The notes: generated by a model from the letters alone, not told the origin. A stretch of 40,000 bases of DNA from Cardiobacterium sp. Marseille-Q4385 (GCF_916618745.1 NZ_OU745373.1:2177126-2217125); one strand, 5' to 3'; shown: positions 28,857 through 38,312, counted from the stretch's first letter. Made by a program: numbers and translations.

Positions 28857-29524
28857 AAGCTCGTTATAAAGCTGTATGGTTCGATCTTGACGGCACCCTG
28901 TTTGACACCGCCCCTGATCTCATCGCCACCGTTAACCGTACTCTGGCGGAACATGGTTATCCGCCAGCCCCCGCCGGGGTCATCCTGCCTTACACCGGCC
29001 ACGGTTCGCGGCAGATGCTGCAACACGCGCTCTCAACCACGGCGGATGACCCGCGTCTGCCTGCCTTGCAGGAAGCGTTTTATGCGCATTATCTGCGCCA
29101 TGTTGCCGAGGAAACGCGCTGGTTCCCCGGGATGGCGGTGATTGTGGACGATCTTGATGCCTGCGGCGTGCCCTGGGGCATCATCACCAACAAGCTGGAA
29201 CGCTTTACTTACGCGTTGGCGCGCCATTTTCAGCTGGAACAGCGCGTGGCCGCCATCGTCTGCGGCGATACGCTCGCTACCGCCAAGCCCGATCCCGCGC
29301 CGCTTGCCTATGCCTGTGCGCTGGCGGGAGTGCGGCCTGAACAAGCGGTGATGATTGGCGATAGCGCTGCCGATATTCGCGCGGCCGCCCGCGCCGGAAT
29401 GCCGTCTATTTATTGTGATTACGGCTACACCAGCCGCGCCGATCTCGCAGAAGATGACTGCCCCATCGCTTTTGTTGATAGCCCTGCCGCCCTCGCGCCG
29501 CTGCTGTTTGGAGATACGCCATGA
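28853..29524 (+). CDS. gph: HAD-superfamily hydrolase, phosphoglycolate phosphatase-like
   Basis: DxDGT motif (VWFDLDGTLFDT), ITNK, KPDPAPL, and GDSAADIRAARAAG. The ubiG-gph adjacency is conserved, and there is a 4-nt overlap with ubiG. Confidence 0.7.
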   Translation: MKARYKAVWFDLDGTLFDTAPDLIATVNRTLAEHGYPPAPAGVILPYTGHGSRQMLQHALSTTADDPRLPALQEAFYAHYLRHVAEETRWFPGMAVIVDDLDACGVPWGIITNKLERFTYALARHFQLEQRVAAIVCGDTLATAKPDPAPLAYACALAGVRPEQAVMIGDSAADIRAAARAGMPSIYCDYGYTSRADLAEDDCPIAFVDSPAALAPLLFGDTP

Positions 29525-30198
29525 AGACCGTCCTGCTCACCGGCGCCTGCGGCGGTATTGGTAGCGCCGTCGCCCGTGCCCTCGATGCGGCGGGGCATCA
29601 CCTGCTCTTGCTCGACCTCGACCCGCTGGCGCTGGAAGCGCTGGATGACGGTTTGCAGGGCGACCATACCCTTGTCCCTTTCGATTTGTGGCGCAGCGGT
29701 TTTGATGCCTACGTCCGCCTTGCCGGGCTGATTCAAGAAGACCACGGCAAACTGGATGCCGTCATCAATCTCGCCGCCGTCTGCGGTGGCCTGCGTCCGC
29801 TGGCCCATGCCGACCCGACAGGCTGGCTGCAAGGATTGCAAGTGAACCTTACCGCACCGCTGTGGCTCTTCCAGACCTTGTTGCCGCTGATGCAGGCTGC
29901 TACCGCACCGCGTTTTATCGTCAGCCTGCACCGCGAACACCGCACACAAAGCGCCTACTGGCACAGCTACGGCATTGCGCAAGCGGCGCTCACCCAGCTC
30001 GTCCACGACCTCTATCAGGAGAAACACGCCTACCCGAACCTCGGCTTTGCCATTGTGGACCCCGGCTGGGTTGATACCCCGCTCAGCCGCAGCGTCTTCC
30101 CCGCCGGGCAACCGCACTGGCAGAGCGCTGACGCTGTCGCCCCGTACTATCTCGCTGCCCTCACCGGCGATCCCGACCAACTGGAACACTACCCATGA
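29521..30198 (+). CDS. Short-chain dehydrogenase/reductase family protein (atypical; YxxxQ instead of YxxxK)
   Basis: Rossmann motif LLTGACGGIGSAVA and NLAA in place of NNAG. The expected catalytic Y-x-x-x-K reads YGIAQ. Confidence 0.7.
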   Translation: MKTVLLTGACGGIGSAVARALDAAGHHLLLLDLDPLALEALDDGLQGDHTLVPFDLWRSGFDAYVRLAGLIQEDHGKLDAVINLAAVCGGLRPLAHADPTGWLQGLQVNLTAPLWLFQTLLPLMQAATAPRFIVSLHREHRTQSAYWHSYGIAQAALTQLVHDLYQEKHAYPNLGFAIVDPGWVDTPLSRSVFPAGQPHWQSADAVAPYYLAALTGDPDQLEHYP

Positions 30199-31157
30199 CC
30201 GATTCCCGTCTTGCCCACGCCCGTGCCGTCCTTGAGCAGGAAGCCGAAGCCGTGCGCGCGCAAATCGACCACCTCGGCGCTGCCTTCCTCACCGCTTGTG
30301 ACTGCATCCTCGCGACACGCGGCCACGTCATCGTGACCGGTCTTGGCAAATCGGGACACATTGGCGAAAAAATCGCGGCGACGCTGGCCAGCACCGGCAC
30401 CCCCGCCTTCTTCGTCCACGCTGCCGAAGCGGGGCATGGCGACCTCGGTATGATTACCGCCGACGACACCCTGCTCGCCATCAGCTATTCCGGCGAAAGC
30501 GCGGAAATCCTGATGATGCTGCCCATTGTGCGCGCCCTCGGCGTGAAAACCATCGCCATCACTGGCCGTCCCGCTTCGCACCTCGCGCAAGAAGCCGACA
30601 TTCATCTGCCTATCCACATCGACAAAGAAGCCTGCCCGCTCGGCCTCGCCCCGACTACCAGTACCACCGCCACCCTCGCCCTCGGCGACGCCCTCGCCAT
30701 CGCCCTTATGCAGAGCCGCAACTTCGGCGAACAGGATTTTGCCCGCTCGCACCCCTATGGTCGCCTTGGCCGCCGCCTGATGACAAAAAATCGTGACGTG
30801 ATGCGCAGCGGTGCCGATATTCCCGTCGTCGCCAGTGACGCCAGTGTGCAAACCGCGCTGTTCCAGATTACCGACAAAGGCCTTGGCGTCACCCTCGTCG
30901 CGGATAACGATCTACTGCTTGGCATCTTCACCGACGGTGACCTGCGCCGCGCCCTGGAAAAATATCCCGACGCGCTCAACCGCCCGATTAGCGACGTGAT
31001 GACCCGCTCACCGCAGACCACCACGGCAGACGAACGCGCCGCCGAAGCCCTGCAACACATGGAAAAACGCCACATCACCGCCCTGCCCGTCGTCGCAGAT
31101 GACCGCATCGTCGGCATCCTGCACATCCATGACCTCTTGCGCGCCGGAGTCGCCTGA
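30195..31157 (+). CDS. kdsD: Arabinose-5-phosphate isomerase (KdsD/KpsF family)
   Basis: SIS domain (VTGLGKSGHIGEKIAATLASTG, ISYSGES) followed by tandem CBS domains. Lies upstream of lptC. Confidence 0.9.
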   Translation: MTDSRLAHARAVLEQEAEAVRAQIDHLGAAFLTACDCILATRGHVIVTGLGKSGHIGEKIAATLASTGTPAFFVHAAEAGHGDLGMITADDTLLAISYSGESAEILMMLPIVRALGVKTIAITGRPASHLAQEADIHLPIHIDKEACPLGLAPTTSTTATLALGDALAIALMQSRNFGEQDFARSHPYGRLGRRLMTKNRDVMRSGADIPVVASDASVQTALFQITDKGLGVTLVADNDLLLGIFTDGDLRRALEKYPDALNRPISDVMTRSPQTTTADERAAEALQHMEKRHITALPVVADDRIVGILHIHDLLRAGVA

Positions 31158-31708
31158 TGAGTCGATCCCGCCAACTGCGCCTCGCCTGCTGGTTGCTTGC
31201 CGCCGTCGCCGTTACCTTGTGGTGGTGGCAGCGCGAAGCGGGCGCAATCAGCCAACAGGTTGCTGCTGACCCCGTCCGCCTCTCGCTCACGGGCGGCGTG
31301 CTCTACCAGTACGATGCCGAGGGCAAACGCAGTACCACCGTGCGCGCGCCCTACGCCGAACACCGCAAAGACGGCGAAAACCACCTCGACCACCCTGAGG
31401 TACAAACCCTGCTGACAAACGGCGAACGCCGCCTGCGCGCTGATCACGCCATGCGCAACAGCGAAAAAAACCGCATCACCCTGACGGGCAACGTGCGCGG
31501 CGAACAGGACGACGGCGGCCACCACTACCGCCTCCGCACCACCCGCCTCGATTACTACCCTGAGCACCGCTACGCCGCAACCGATGCCGCCATTACCTTG
31601 GAAAGCGACGACAGCCGCACCGACGCGGACGGCGCACACTGGGACATGAACAACAACCACATCACACTCAAAAACAACGTAAGGAGCAGCTATGACCCGG
31701 CAAACTAA
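31157..31708 (+). CDS. lptC: LPS export system protein LptC
   Basis: 183 aa with a single N-terminal TM anchor (LACWLLAAVAVTLWWW) and a beta-rich body. It sits between kdsD and lptA, and its start overlaps the kdsD stop. Confidence 0.75.
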   Translation: MSRSRQLRLACWLLAAVAVTLWWWQREAGAISQQVAADPVRLSLTGGVLYQYDAEGKRSTTVRAPYAEHRKDGENHLDHPEVQTLLTNGERRLRADHAMRNSEKNRITLTGNVRGEQDDGGHHYRLRTTRLDYYPEHRYAATDAAITLESDDSRTDADGAHWDMNNNHITLKNNVRSSYDPAN

Positions 31709-32333
31709 AACCCTCATCGCCGCCACCATCCTGCTGGCGCTAATCAGCAGCGGCCATGCCGAAACCCGCAAAAAAACGACGCGTGCCCAAAACAAACCGG
31801 CTCCTGTCGTCGTCCAAAGCGGTACAGACAACAAAACCGTGGACAGCAACACCGCCTTCGGCTGGGACGAAAGCGACGCCACCAAAAAAGCCGCCGACAG
31901 CGCAGAAAAAAGCGGCAACAAAAAAACCAACAACCCGCAACAACTGCCGATCAACCTCAAAGCCGACAGCGGCGAATACGACGCCAACACCGGCGTTGCC
32001 ACCTACACCGGCCACGTCGTCATCACCCAGGGCGAAATGAACCTCAAAGGCGACCGCGTCACCATCCGCCTGCAAGACGGAAAAATCCACACCATCGAAA
32101 GCTGGGGCAAGCCGACTACCTTCCACTACGTTCCGGCCAGCGAACCGCCGATTGACGGCAGCGGCAACCACATGAAATACACCGTGCCGACCTCAACCGT
32201 CGAAATCAACAAAAATGCCCACGTCAAGCAGGACAAAAACGAAACCCGTGCCGACCACCTCACCTATAACCTGAAAAGCGAAAGCGTCAAAGGCCGAGGT
32301 GTGAATATGACCTTCCAGCCGAAGACCAAATAA
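31692..32333 (+). CDS. lptA: LPS transport periplasmic protein LptA
   Basis: Signal peptide, a Lys/Thr-rich low-complexity insert, then an OstA-like fold (LKADSGEYDANTGVATYTGHVVITQGEMNLKGDRVTI..). Confidence 0.85.
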   Translation: MTRQTKTLIAATILLALISSGHAETRKKTTRAQNKPAPVVVQSGTDNKTVDSNTAFGWDESDATKKAADSAEKSGNKKTNNPQQLPINLKADSGEYDANTGVATYTGHVVITQGEMNLKGDRVTIRLQDGKIHTIESWGKPTTFHYVPASEPPIDGSGNHMKYTVPTSTVEINKNAHVKQDKNETRADHLTYNLKSESVKGRGVNMTFQPKTK

Positions 32334-32348
32334 AAGCCGGGATGCGCC

Positions 32349-33071
32349 ATGCTCATCGCCGAAAAACTACAAAAAACCTACCGCAAACGGCGCGTCGTCA
32401 ATGACGCCAGCTTCCAGGTGGATGCCGCCAAAGTCGTCGGCCTGCTCGGGCCGAACGGCGCGGGCAAAACCACCAGCTTCTACATGACCATCGGTCTGGT
32501 GCGCCCCGACCAGGGCCGCATCCTCCTGGACGGCACCGACATCACCCGCCTGCCCGTACACCGCCGCGCCCAGCTCGGCCTGTCCTACCTGCCGCAAGAA
32601 GCTAGCGTCTTCCGCAAACTCAGTGTGCGCGACAACATCCTCGCCATCCTCGAACTCGCTACCAACCTCGGCAAACGCGAGCGCGAAGCCCGCGCGCAAG
32701 AACTCATGCAAGACCTCGGCATCGCCGACCGCGCGGACATCCCCGGACAAAGCCTCTCCGGCGGGGAAAGACGCCGCTGCGAAATCGCGCGGACGCTTGC
32801 CTGCAACCCGCGCTTCATTCTGCTCGATGAACCCTTTGCCGGGGTGGATCCCATCGCCGTCGGCGACATCCGAAACATCATCACCCACCTCACCGATCGC
32901 GGCATCGGCGTCCTCATTACCGACCACAACGTGCGCGAGACCCTGAAAAGCTGCGATTACGCCTACATCCTCTCCGAAGGCAGCGTTATCGCCGCAGGCA
33001 GCCCGGCAGAAATCGTCGCCAACGAAGAAGCCCGCCGCGTTTACCTTGGCGAAGACTTTGAACTCCACTAA
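32349..33071 (+). CDS. lptB: LPS export ABC transporter ATP-binding protein LptB
   Basis: Walker A GPNGAGKTT, signature LSGGERRR, Walker B FILLDEPFAGVDP. 240 aa. Confidence 0.96.
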   Translation: MLIAEKLQKTYRKRRVVNDASFQVDAAKVVGLLGPNGAGKTTSFYMTIGLVRPDQGRILLDGTDITRLPVHRRAQLGLSYLPQEASVFRKLSVRDNILAILELATNLGKREREARAQELMQDLGIADRADIPGQSLSGGERRRCEIARTLACNPRFILLDEPFAGVDPIAVGDIRNIITHLTDRGIGVLITDHNVRETLKSCDYAYILSEGSVIAAGSPAEIVANEEARRVYLGEDFELH

Positions 33072-33079
33072 GGACGACC

Positions 33080-34528
33080 ATGAGCAAAGCCAGCAAAGTC
33101 GCCCCGGGTACAAGCCAAAGCCTTGACCTCGCCCTCAAACAGACCCTCACCCTCACCCCGCAGTTACAACAGGCGATCAAACTGCTCAACATGGGCAACC
33201 TGGATCTGAACGTCGAAATCAGCAACATGCTGGCGCAGAACATCATGCTGGAGCGCAAGGGCGACATCCTCTACGAAAGTCCGGGAAGCGAGAGCGACGG
33301 CGGCGACAGCGGCGAAGACGCTGACGGCCTGCTGCAACACCTGAGCGGCGAACTCGAATACGACAGCACCTGGGAAGAACACTACGACCACGACTGGAAA
33401 GACCACGCGCCCTACCGCGAAGAAGACGACAACCCCGAACTTTACCTCAGCGCCAGACCAACCCTGGCCGCCTACCTCGAAGAACAAATCAACCAGATGC
33501 CGCTGGATGACACACGGCGCCGCGCGGCACTCGCCGTTGCCTTCGAACTGGATGACGACGGCTACTTCCGCAGTGAGACGGAAGCCGTCGCCGCCCAACA
33601 ACAACTCCGCGTGGCCGACATCGAAGACGGCATCCGCATTGTGCAACAATGCCAGCCGGGCGGGGTCGGTGCACGCGATCTCGAAGAATGCCTGAACCTG
33701 CAACTCGCTGCCCTGCCACCGCACACCCCCTACCTGGATGCGCTGCAACTCATCATGAAGCGCTACTACGGCTTCATCGCGCGCAGCCCGCAAATGATCC
33801 GGCAGCGTCTGGATATGGACATCGCCACCTACAACCACGCCATGGCGCTCCTGCGCAGCCTTGATCCCCGTCCCGGACAAAAATACAACGCCGGTAGAGT
33901 GCAGCACGTCGAGCCGGAAATCATCGTGCGCGAAAAAAACGGCATCAGCTACATCGAAACCACCGATAGCGTCCATCCCGACCTCACTATTAACCAGGCC
34001 TACGCCGCGCTGGCGGAAGCGGCAAAAGGCGCGGACAAAACCCTCCTGCAAGCGCAACTGCAAGAAGCACGCTGGTTCCTGACCGCTATCGACAAACGCG
34101 CCGACACCATCCGCCGCGTGGCGGGCGTCATCGTTGCCCTGCAACAAGACTTCTTCCAGGAAGGCGAAAGCGCAATGCGGCCGCTGACGCGGCAAAAAGT
34201 GGCGGAAATCCTCGACATCCACGAAAGCACCGTCAGCCGCGCGGTCAACGACAAATACCTGCAATGCAAACGCGGCATCTACGAACTGCGCTACTTCTTC
34301 TCCGCCCAGTTTGAGAATACCGACGGCGATGACCAGTCGGTCGTCGCCATCAAGGCGCTGATCACCGAAGTGATCGGCGAAGAAAACCCGGATAAACCCT
34401 ATTCCGACCAAAAAATCACCGACATCCTCGCCGAACGCGGCCACAAAATCGCCCGCCGCACCGTGACCAAATACCGCGAAAGCCTCGGCATCCCTGTTAC
34501 CACCCTGCGCCGCCACCGCAAGCGCTGA
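33080..34528 (+). CDS. rpoN: RNA polymerase sigma-54 factor
   Basis: 482 aa with the N-terminal Gln/Leu region (LTLTPQLQQAIKLL), an acidic region II, an HTH, and the RpoN box ARRTVTKYRE. Appears full length. Confidence 0.95.
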   Translation: MSKASKVAPGTSQSLDLALKQTLTLTPQLQQAIKLLNMGNLDLNVEISNMLAQNIMLERKGDILYESPGSESDGGDSGEDADGLLQHLSGELEYDSTWEEHYDHDWKDHAPYREEDDNPELYLSARPTLAAYLEEQINQMPLDDTRRRAALAVAFELDDDGYFRSETEAVAAQQQLRVADIEDGIRIVQQCQPGGVGARDLEECLNLQLAALPPHTPYLDALQLIMKRYYGFIARSPQMIRQRLDMDIATYNHAMALLRSLDPRPGQKYNAGRVQHVEPEIIVREKNGISYIETTDSVHPDLTINQAYAALAEAAKGADKTLLQAQLQEARWFLTAIDKRADTIRRVAGVIVALQQDFFQEGESAMRPLTRQKVAEILDIHESTVSRAVNDKYLQCKRGIYELRYFFSAQFENTDGDDQSVVAIKALITEVIGEENPDKPYSDQKITDILAERGHKIARRTVTKYRESLGIPVTTLRRHRKR

Positions 34529-34581
34529 TGAAGTACCTGCGGAAAAGGGCAGGGCGACTAAAACCGCCCGGACTTCCCGCT

Positions 34582-34590
34582 TGCTATAAT
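34582..34590 (+). promoter_or_regulatory. Candidate extended -10 promoter element for ppa
   Basis: TGCTATAAT (a perfect TGnTATAAT) lies 32 nt upstream of the ppa ATG. The -35 is weak. AGGAG RBS at 34612. Confidence 0.45.
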
Positions 34591-34621
34591 CCCGCTCCCT
34601 TTCAACCAAACAGGAGCCCTT

Positions 34622-35152
34622 ATGGCAGACTTCAACAAAATCCTCGACGCAGGCGACGTGGACGGCGGCATCATCAACGTCGTTATCGAAATTCCGGCCG
34701 GCTCGAACCACAAAATCGAGTGGAAACGCAAAATCGGCGCGCTGATGCTCGACCGCGTTGAGCCGCTCATCTTTGCCAAGCCCACCAACTACGGCTTCAT
34801 CCCGCAAACCCTCGACGAAGACGGCGACGAACTCGACGCCCTCATCATCACCGACACCCCGCTGCCGACCGGCATCTACATGCAGGCGCGCGTTATCGGC
34901 GTGATGAAATTCGTGGATGACGGCGAAGTGGATGACAAAATCGTTGTCGTCCCTGCTGACGACCGCCAAACCGGCGATGCCATCAAAACTCTCGCTGACC
35001 TGCCTGCGCAGCTCATCAAACAAATCGAATTCCACTTCAACCACTACAAAGCGCTGAAAAAACCCGGCTCGACCAAAGTCGATCACTGGGGCGACATCGA
35101 AGAAGCCAAACAAGTCATCCGCGACTCACAACAACGCTGGAAACAGCAATAA
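34622..35152 (+). CDS. ppa: Inorganic pyrophosphatase (family I)
   Basis: 176 aa with VIEIPAGSNHKIEW, YGFIPQTLDEDGDELDALI, and DDKIVVVPADD. Confidence 0.95.
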   Translation: MADFNKILDAGDVDGGIINVVIEIPAGSNHKIEWKRKIGALMLDRVEPLIFAKPTNYGFIPQTLDEDGDELDALIITDTPLPTGIYMQARVIGVMKFVDDGEVDDKIVVVPADDRQTGDAIKTLADLPAQLIKQIEFHFNHYKALKKPGSTKVDHWGDIEEAKQVIRDSQQRWKQQ

Positions 35153-35180
35153 ACCTGCCGTTCCCGCTTGCGGCACAACC

Positions 35181-35238
35181 GTAGGGCGGGCTTCAGCCCG
35201 CCATTACCATCAAGTGGCGGGCTGAAGCCCGCCCTACA
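35181..35238. repeat. REP-like nested palindrome (two inverted 22-nt units)
   Basis: GTAGGGCGGGCTTCAGCCCGCC (35181-35202) and its exact reverse complement (35217-35238). Each unit contains the self-complementary GGCGGGCT-TC-AGCCCGCC. Located between ppa and the peptidase gene. Confidence 0.8.
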
Positions 35239-35251
35239 TCACATCAACCCC

Positions 35252-37345
35252 ATGAAAAAACTCACCCTCGCCCTCCTTACCCTCATCCACACGAGCACCG
35301 CTATGACCGCAACCCAAGACCCCAATCTCTGGCTGGAAGACATTGACAGCGAAAAATCCCTCACCTGGGTACGTGCGCAAAACGCCACCAGCGAGAAAGC
35401 CCTCACGCAAAGCCCCGCCTTCAAAACCATCGAGGCCGATCTGCTCGCCATCCTCGATTCCGACGACAAAATCCCCTACGTCGTGAAGCGTGGCGACTAC
35501 TACTACAACTACTGGCAGGACAAAGACCACCCGCGCGGCATCTGGCGGCGCACCACCTGGGACGAATACCAGAAAACCGAGCCCAAATGGGACACCCTCA
35601 TTGACCTCGATGCCCTCAACAAAAGCGAAAACGCCACCTGGGTGTGGCACGGCGCGGACTGCCTGCGCCCCGACTACCGCCACTGCCTCATCAGCCTCTC
35701 GCGCGGCGGCGCGGATGCGGACGAAACCCGAGAATACGACCTGGAAACCCGCGAGTTCATCAAAGACGGCTTCTACCGCCCCGAAGCCAAAGGCTCAATG
35801 GGCTGGATAGACAAAGACCACGTCTTCGTGCAGACCGATTTCGGCGCGGGCAGCATGACCGCCTCCGGTTACCCGCGCGAAGCCCGCCTGTGGCAACGCG
35901 GCACACCGCTTGCCGACGCCAAAACCGTCTATCGTGGCGAAGAAAACGACATGCTCATCACCGCCGCTCACGACGACACCCCTGGCTACCACCGCGACTT
36001 TGTCAGCCGCGTTATCGACTTCTACCACAACGAGCTCTACGAACGCGCACCGGACGGCACACTGCACAAAATCGACGTCCCCGACACCGCCGACAAAGGC
36101 GTCTATCGCGACTGGCTCAACATCACCCTGCGCGAAGACTGGACACTGAACGGCAAAACCTACCCGTCCGGCAGCTACCTCGTCGCCAGCTACGCCGACT
36201 GGCAGGCGGGCAAACGCGAACTCACCGCGCTCTTCACTCCCGATGCGCACACCTCGCTGGCGGGCATCACCTGGACCAAAAACTACCTCATCCTCAACAA
36301 ACTCGAAGACGTGAAAACCCGCCTCGTCGTCCTGGATCCCGCCAAAAACTGGGCGGAAAAACCGCTGGAAGGCGTACCGGCGAACAGCACCGCCAGCGCC
36401 GCCGCCGTGGATCCCGACGAAAACGACGACCTGTGGCTGACTGCAAACGACTACACCCTGCCGACCACCCTCTACCACACCCGCGTCGGCGGCACGCCCA
36501 CCGCGCTCAAATCCCTGCCCGCCTTCTACGACGCGAGCGACATCACCGTCGCCCAGCACTTCGCGAAAAGCGATGACGGCACCGAAATCCCCTACTTCAT
36601 CGTCCACCACAAAAACATCACCCTCGATGGTAAAAACCCAACCCTGCTTTACGGCTACGGCGGCTTTGAAATCTCGCTCACCCCCGGCTACGCGGCAGGC
36701 GTGGGCAAAGCCTGGCTGAACCGCCGCACCCAGGACGGACGGGGCGGCGTGTACGTCGTTGCCAACATCCGCGGCGGCGGCGAATACGGCCCGCGCTGGC
36801 ACCAGGTAGCCCTGAAAGAACACCGCCACAAAGCCTACGAAGACTTTGCCGCCGTCGCGCGCGACCTCACCCAACGCGGCATCGCCGACCCGGCGCACCT
36901 CGGCATCCAGGGCGGCAGCAACGGCGGCCTGCTGATGGGCAACATGCTGACCAAATACCCGGAACTCTTCGGCGCCATCGTCATCCAGGTGCCGCTGCTC
37001 GACATGCAGCGCTACAACAAACTGCTGGCGGGCGCCTCGTGGATGGCCGAATACGGCGACCCGGACAACCCCGCCGAATGGGCTTACCTGGAAAAATACT
37101 CGCCTTACCATCAGTTTGATGCGGCAAAAACCTACCCGCCGGTGCTCTTCACCACCTCAACCCGCGACGACCGCGTCCACCCCGGCCACGCGCGGAAAAT
37201 GATGGCGAAAATGCAGGCAGCGGGCAAAAACGCCCTCTACTACGAAAACATCGAAGGCGGCCACGGCGGCGCGGCAGACAACAAACAACGCGCCTACATG
37301 AGCGCGCTGGCCTACACCTTCCTCTGGGAACAGCTCGCCAAATAA
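35252..37345 (+). CDS. Prolyl oligopeptidase family serine peptidase (S9A), secreted
   Basis: Signal peptide MKKLTLALLTLIHTSTAMTA. Beta-propeller N-domain and a catalytic domain with GGSNGG (Ser), TSTRDDRV (Asp) and EGGHGG (His). The start is at 35252; the upstream extension is a translation of the REP palindrome. Confidence 0.88.
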   Translation: MKKLTLALLTLIHTSTAMTATQDPNLWLEDIDSEKSLTWVRAQNATSEKALTQSPAFKTIEADLLAILDSDDKIPYVVKRGDYYYNYWQDKDHPRGIWRRTTWDEYQKTEPKWDTLIDLDALNKSENATWVWHGADCLRPDYRHCLISLSRGGADADETREYDLETREFIKDGFYRPEAKGSMGWIDKDHVFVQTDFGAGSMTASGYPREARLWQRGTPLADAKTVYRGEENDMLITAAHDDTPGYHRDFVSRVIDFYHNELYERAPDGTLHKIDVPDTADKGVYRDWLNITLREDWTLNGKTYPSGSYLVASYADWQAGKRELTALFTPDAHTSLAGITWTKNYLILNKLEDVKTRLVVLDPAKNWAEKPLEGVPANSTASAAAVDPDENDDLWLTANDYTLPTTLYHTRVGGTPTALKSLPAFYDASDITVAQHFAKSDDGTEIPYFIVHHKNITLDGKNPTLLYGYGGFEISLTPGYAAGVGKAWLNRRTQDGRGGVYVVANIRGGGEYGPRWHQVALKEHRHKAYEDFAAVARDLTQRGIADPAHLGIQGGSNGGLLMGNMLTKYPELFGAIVIQVPLLDMQRYNKLLAGASWMAEYGDPDNPAEWAYLEKYSPYHQFDAAKTYPPVLFTTSTRDDRVHPGHARKMMAKMQAAGKNALYYENIEGGHGGAADNKQRAYMSALAYTFLWEQLAK

Positions 37346-37350
37346 ACACG

Positions 37351-37376
37351 AAAAGCCCGCTGCTGCGGGCTTTTTT
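37351..37376 (+). terminator. Rho-independent terminator after the peptidase gene
   Basis: AAAA-GCCCGC-TGCT-GCGGGC-TTTTTT. Confidence 0.85.
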
Positions 37377-37396
37377 GCGCGTGCCGCCAAGCGGGA

Positions 37397-37504
37397 TATA
37401 GTTGGATAGATAAAAAAGCGTAACAAGGCGCGTCGCCGCAGACAGTACAGGTAGTACGGCAAGGTGACGCAACGCCGTTACGATTTTTTAGATGTTTAAC
37501 TATA
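37397..37504 (-). mobile_element. Correia-like MITE, 108 bp (copy B, inverted relative to copy A)
   Basis: The reverse complement is 106/108 identical to 9689-9796 (differences G/A in GCGTC[G/A]CC and T/C in TCTAT[T/C]CAAC). It has the same TATAG...CTATA boundaries and is intergenic. Confidence 0.8.
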
Positions 37505-37615
37505 AATACTGGCTTCGTGCATGAAGGCAACAAACCCTGGTATGGAATTGCCAGAGCGATGTGGGAAAATAGCCGCGCTGCCTTTGGGCAGCTTCTTTTA
37601 TTACCAGGAGAAACC

Positions 37616-38197
37616 ATGAAAAGAACCCTCACATTCACCTGCGCCTTGCTGTTAGCACACACCGTTAGCGCGGCAACGGATGCCGGCAAAATTGCCATCG
37701 GCGGTATCAAATTGGGCATGACACGTGCGCAAGTAACAAAAACGCTGGATAAAAGCTGCCCCGGCTATCAAGAAGAAAAAAATGCGCAGGCAGCGCAATC
37801 CGCCACCTTTAACTGCGCACCGGCGAGCAAACAGCCGCTGTCCGTCAGACTGGATAACACCGTCATTAGCGCAGGCTACCAGCAGCAAGAATCTCTGCCG
37901 AAAGGTGCCGATCAAGCTGCCGTGAGCAAGGCGATACAGGCACAGGTGGATAAATTGAGCAAAGAATATGGCAAACCGGATCTCGTCGCCGACAACAGCA
38001 GCGTGAAAATGGGCGGCGCAGAGCTCGGCAAAGTCAACAAAGTGCTGTGCTGGGGACAATGCGGCAAAGCCAAAGACGGCGCCATACATCCGGATGGCAA
38101 AGTGCTGGTGGTAGGCATTGTTGCCTTGCCGGAAGCGCTGATTATTTCACGCGGTGTCGTGGATGCCGTTGCGTTCGGCAAAGTTGCCACAAAATAA
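37616..38197 (+). CDS. Secreted hypothetical protein
   Basis: AGGAG RBS and signal peptide MKRTLTFTCALLLAHTVSA/AT. 193 aa, with lower GC than its neighbours and no motif I recognise. Confidence 0.6.
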   Translation: MKRTLTFTCALLLAHTVSAATDAGKIAIGGIKLGMTRAQVTKTLDKSCPGYQEEKNAQAAQSATFNCAPASKQPLSVRLDNTVISAGYQQQESLPKGADQAAVSKAIQAQVDKLSKEYGKPDLVADNSSVKMGGAELGKVNKVLCWGQCGKAKDGAIHPDGKVLVVGIVALPEALIISRGVVDAVAFGKVATK

Positions 38198-38218
38198 AAC
38201 CGCAACGCTGAATACAGA

Positions 38219-38252
38219 AACAGGCTGACCATGTGTCGGCCTGTTTTTTTTT
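38219..38252 (+). terminator. Rho-independent terminator
   Basis: ACAGGCTGAC-CATGT-GTCGGCCTGT (one mismatch) followed by a T9 run. Confidence 0.8.
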
Positions 38253-38289
38253 GCGCCGTGCCTTCTTATGCCGTCCCTTTCGCCAAGCG

Positions 38290-38312
38290 AAATAAAGCCC
38301 GCCGAAGCGGGC
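38290..38312 (-). terminator. Rho-independent terminator for the hydrolase operon
   Basis: On the minus strand, GCCCGC-TTCG-GCGGGC is followed by TTTATTT, 14 nt after the stop. Confidence 0.7.

Noticed and set aside
33164-35113. 649-aa ORF antisense to rpoN and ppa
   Set aside because: Antisense artefact spanning two well-supported plus-strand genes. The same reasoning applies to 3046-4290, 12662-13858, 19006-20232, 24165-25460, 35795-37111 and 38350-39438.
35168-35251. N-terminal extension MRHNRRAGFSPPLPSSGGLKPALHHINP of the peptidase ORF
   Set aside because: This is a translation of the REP palindrome. The real start is the ATG at 35252, which is followed by a signal peptide.
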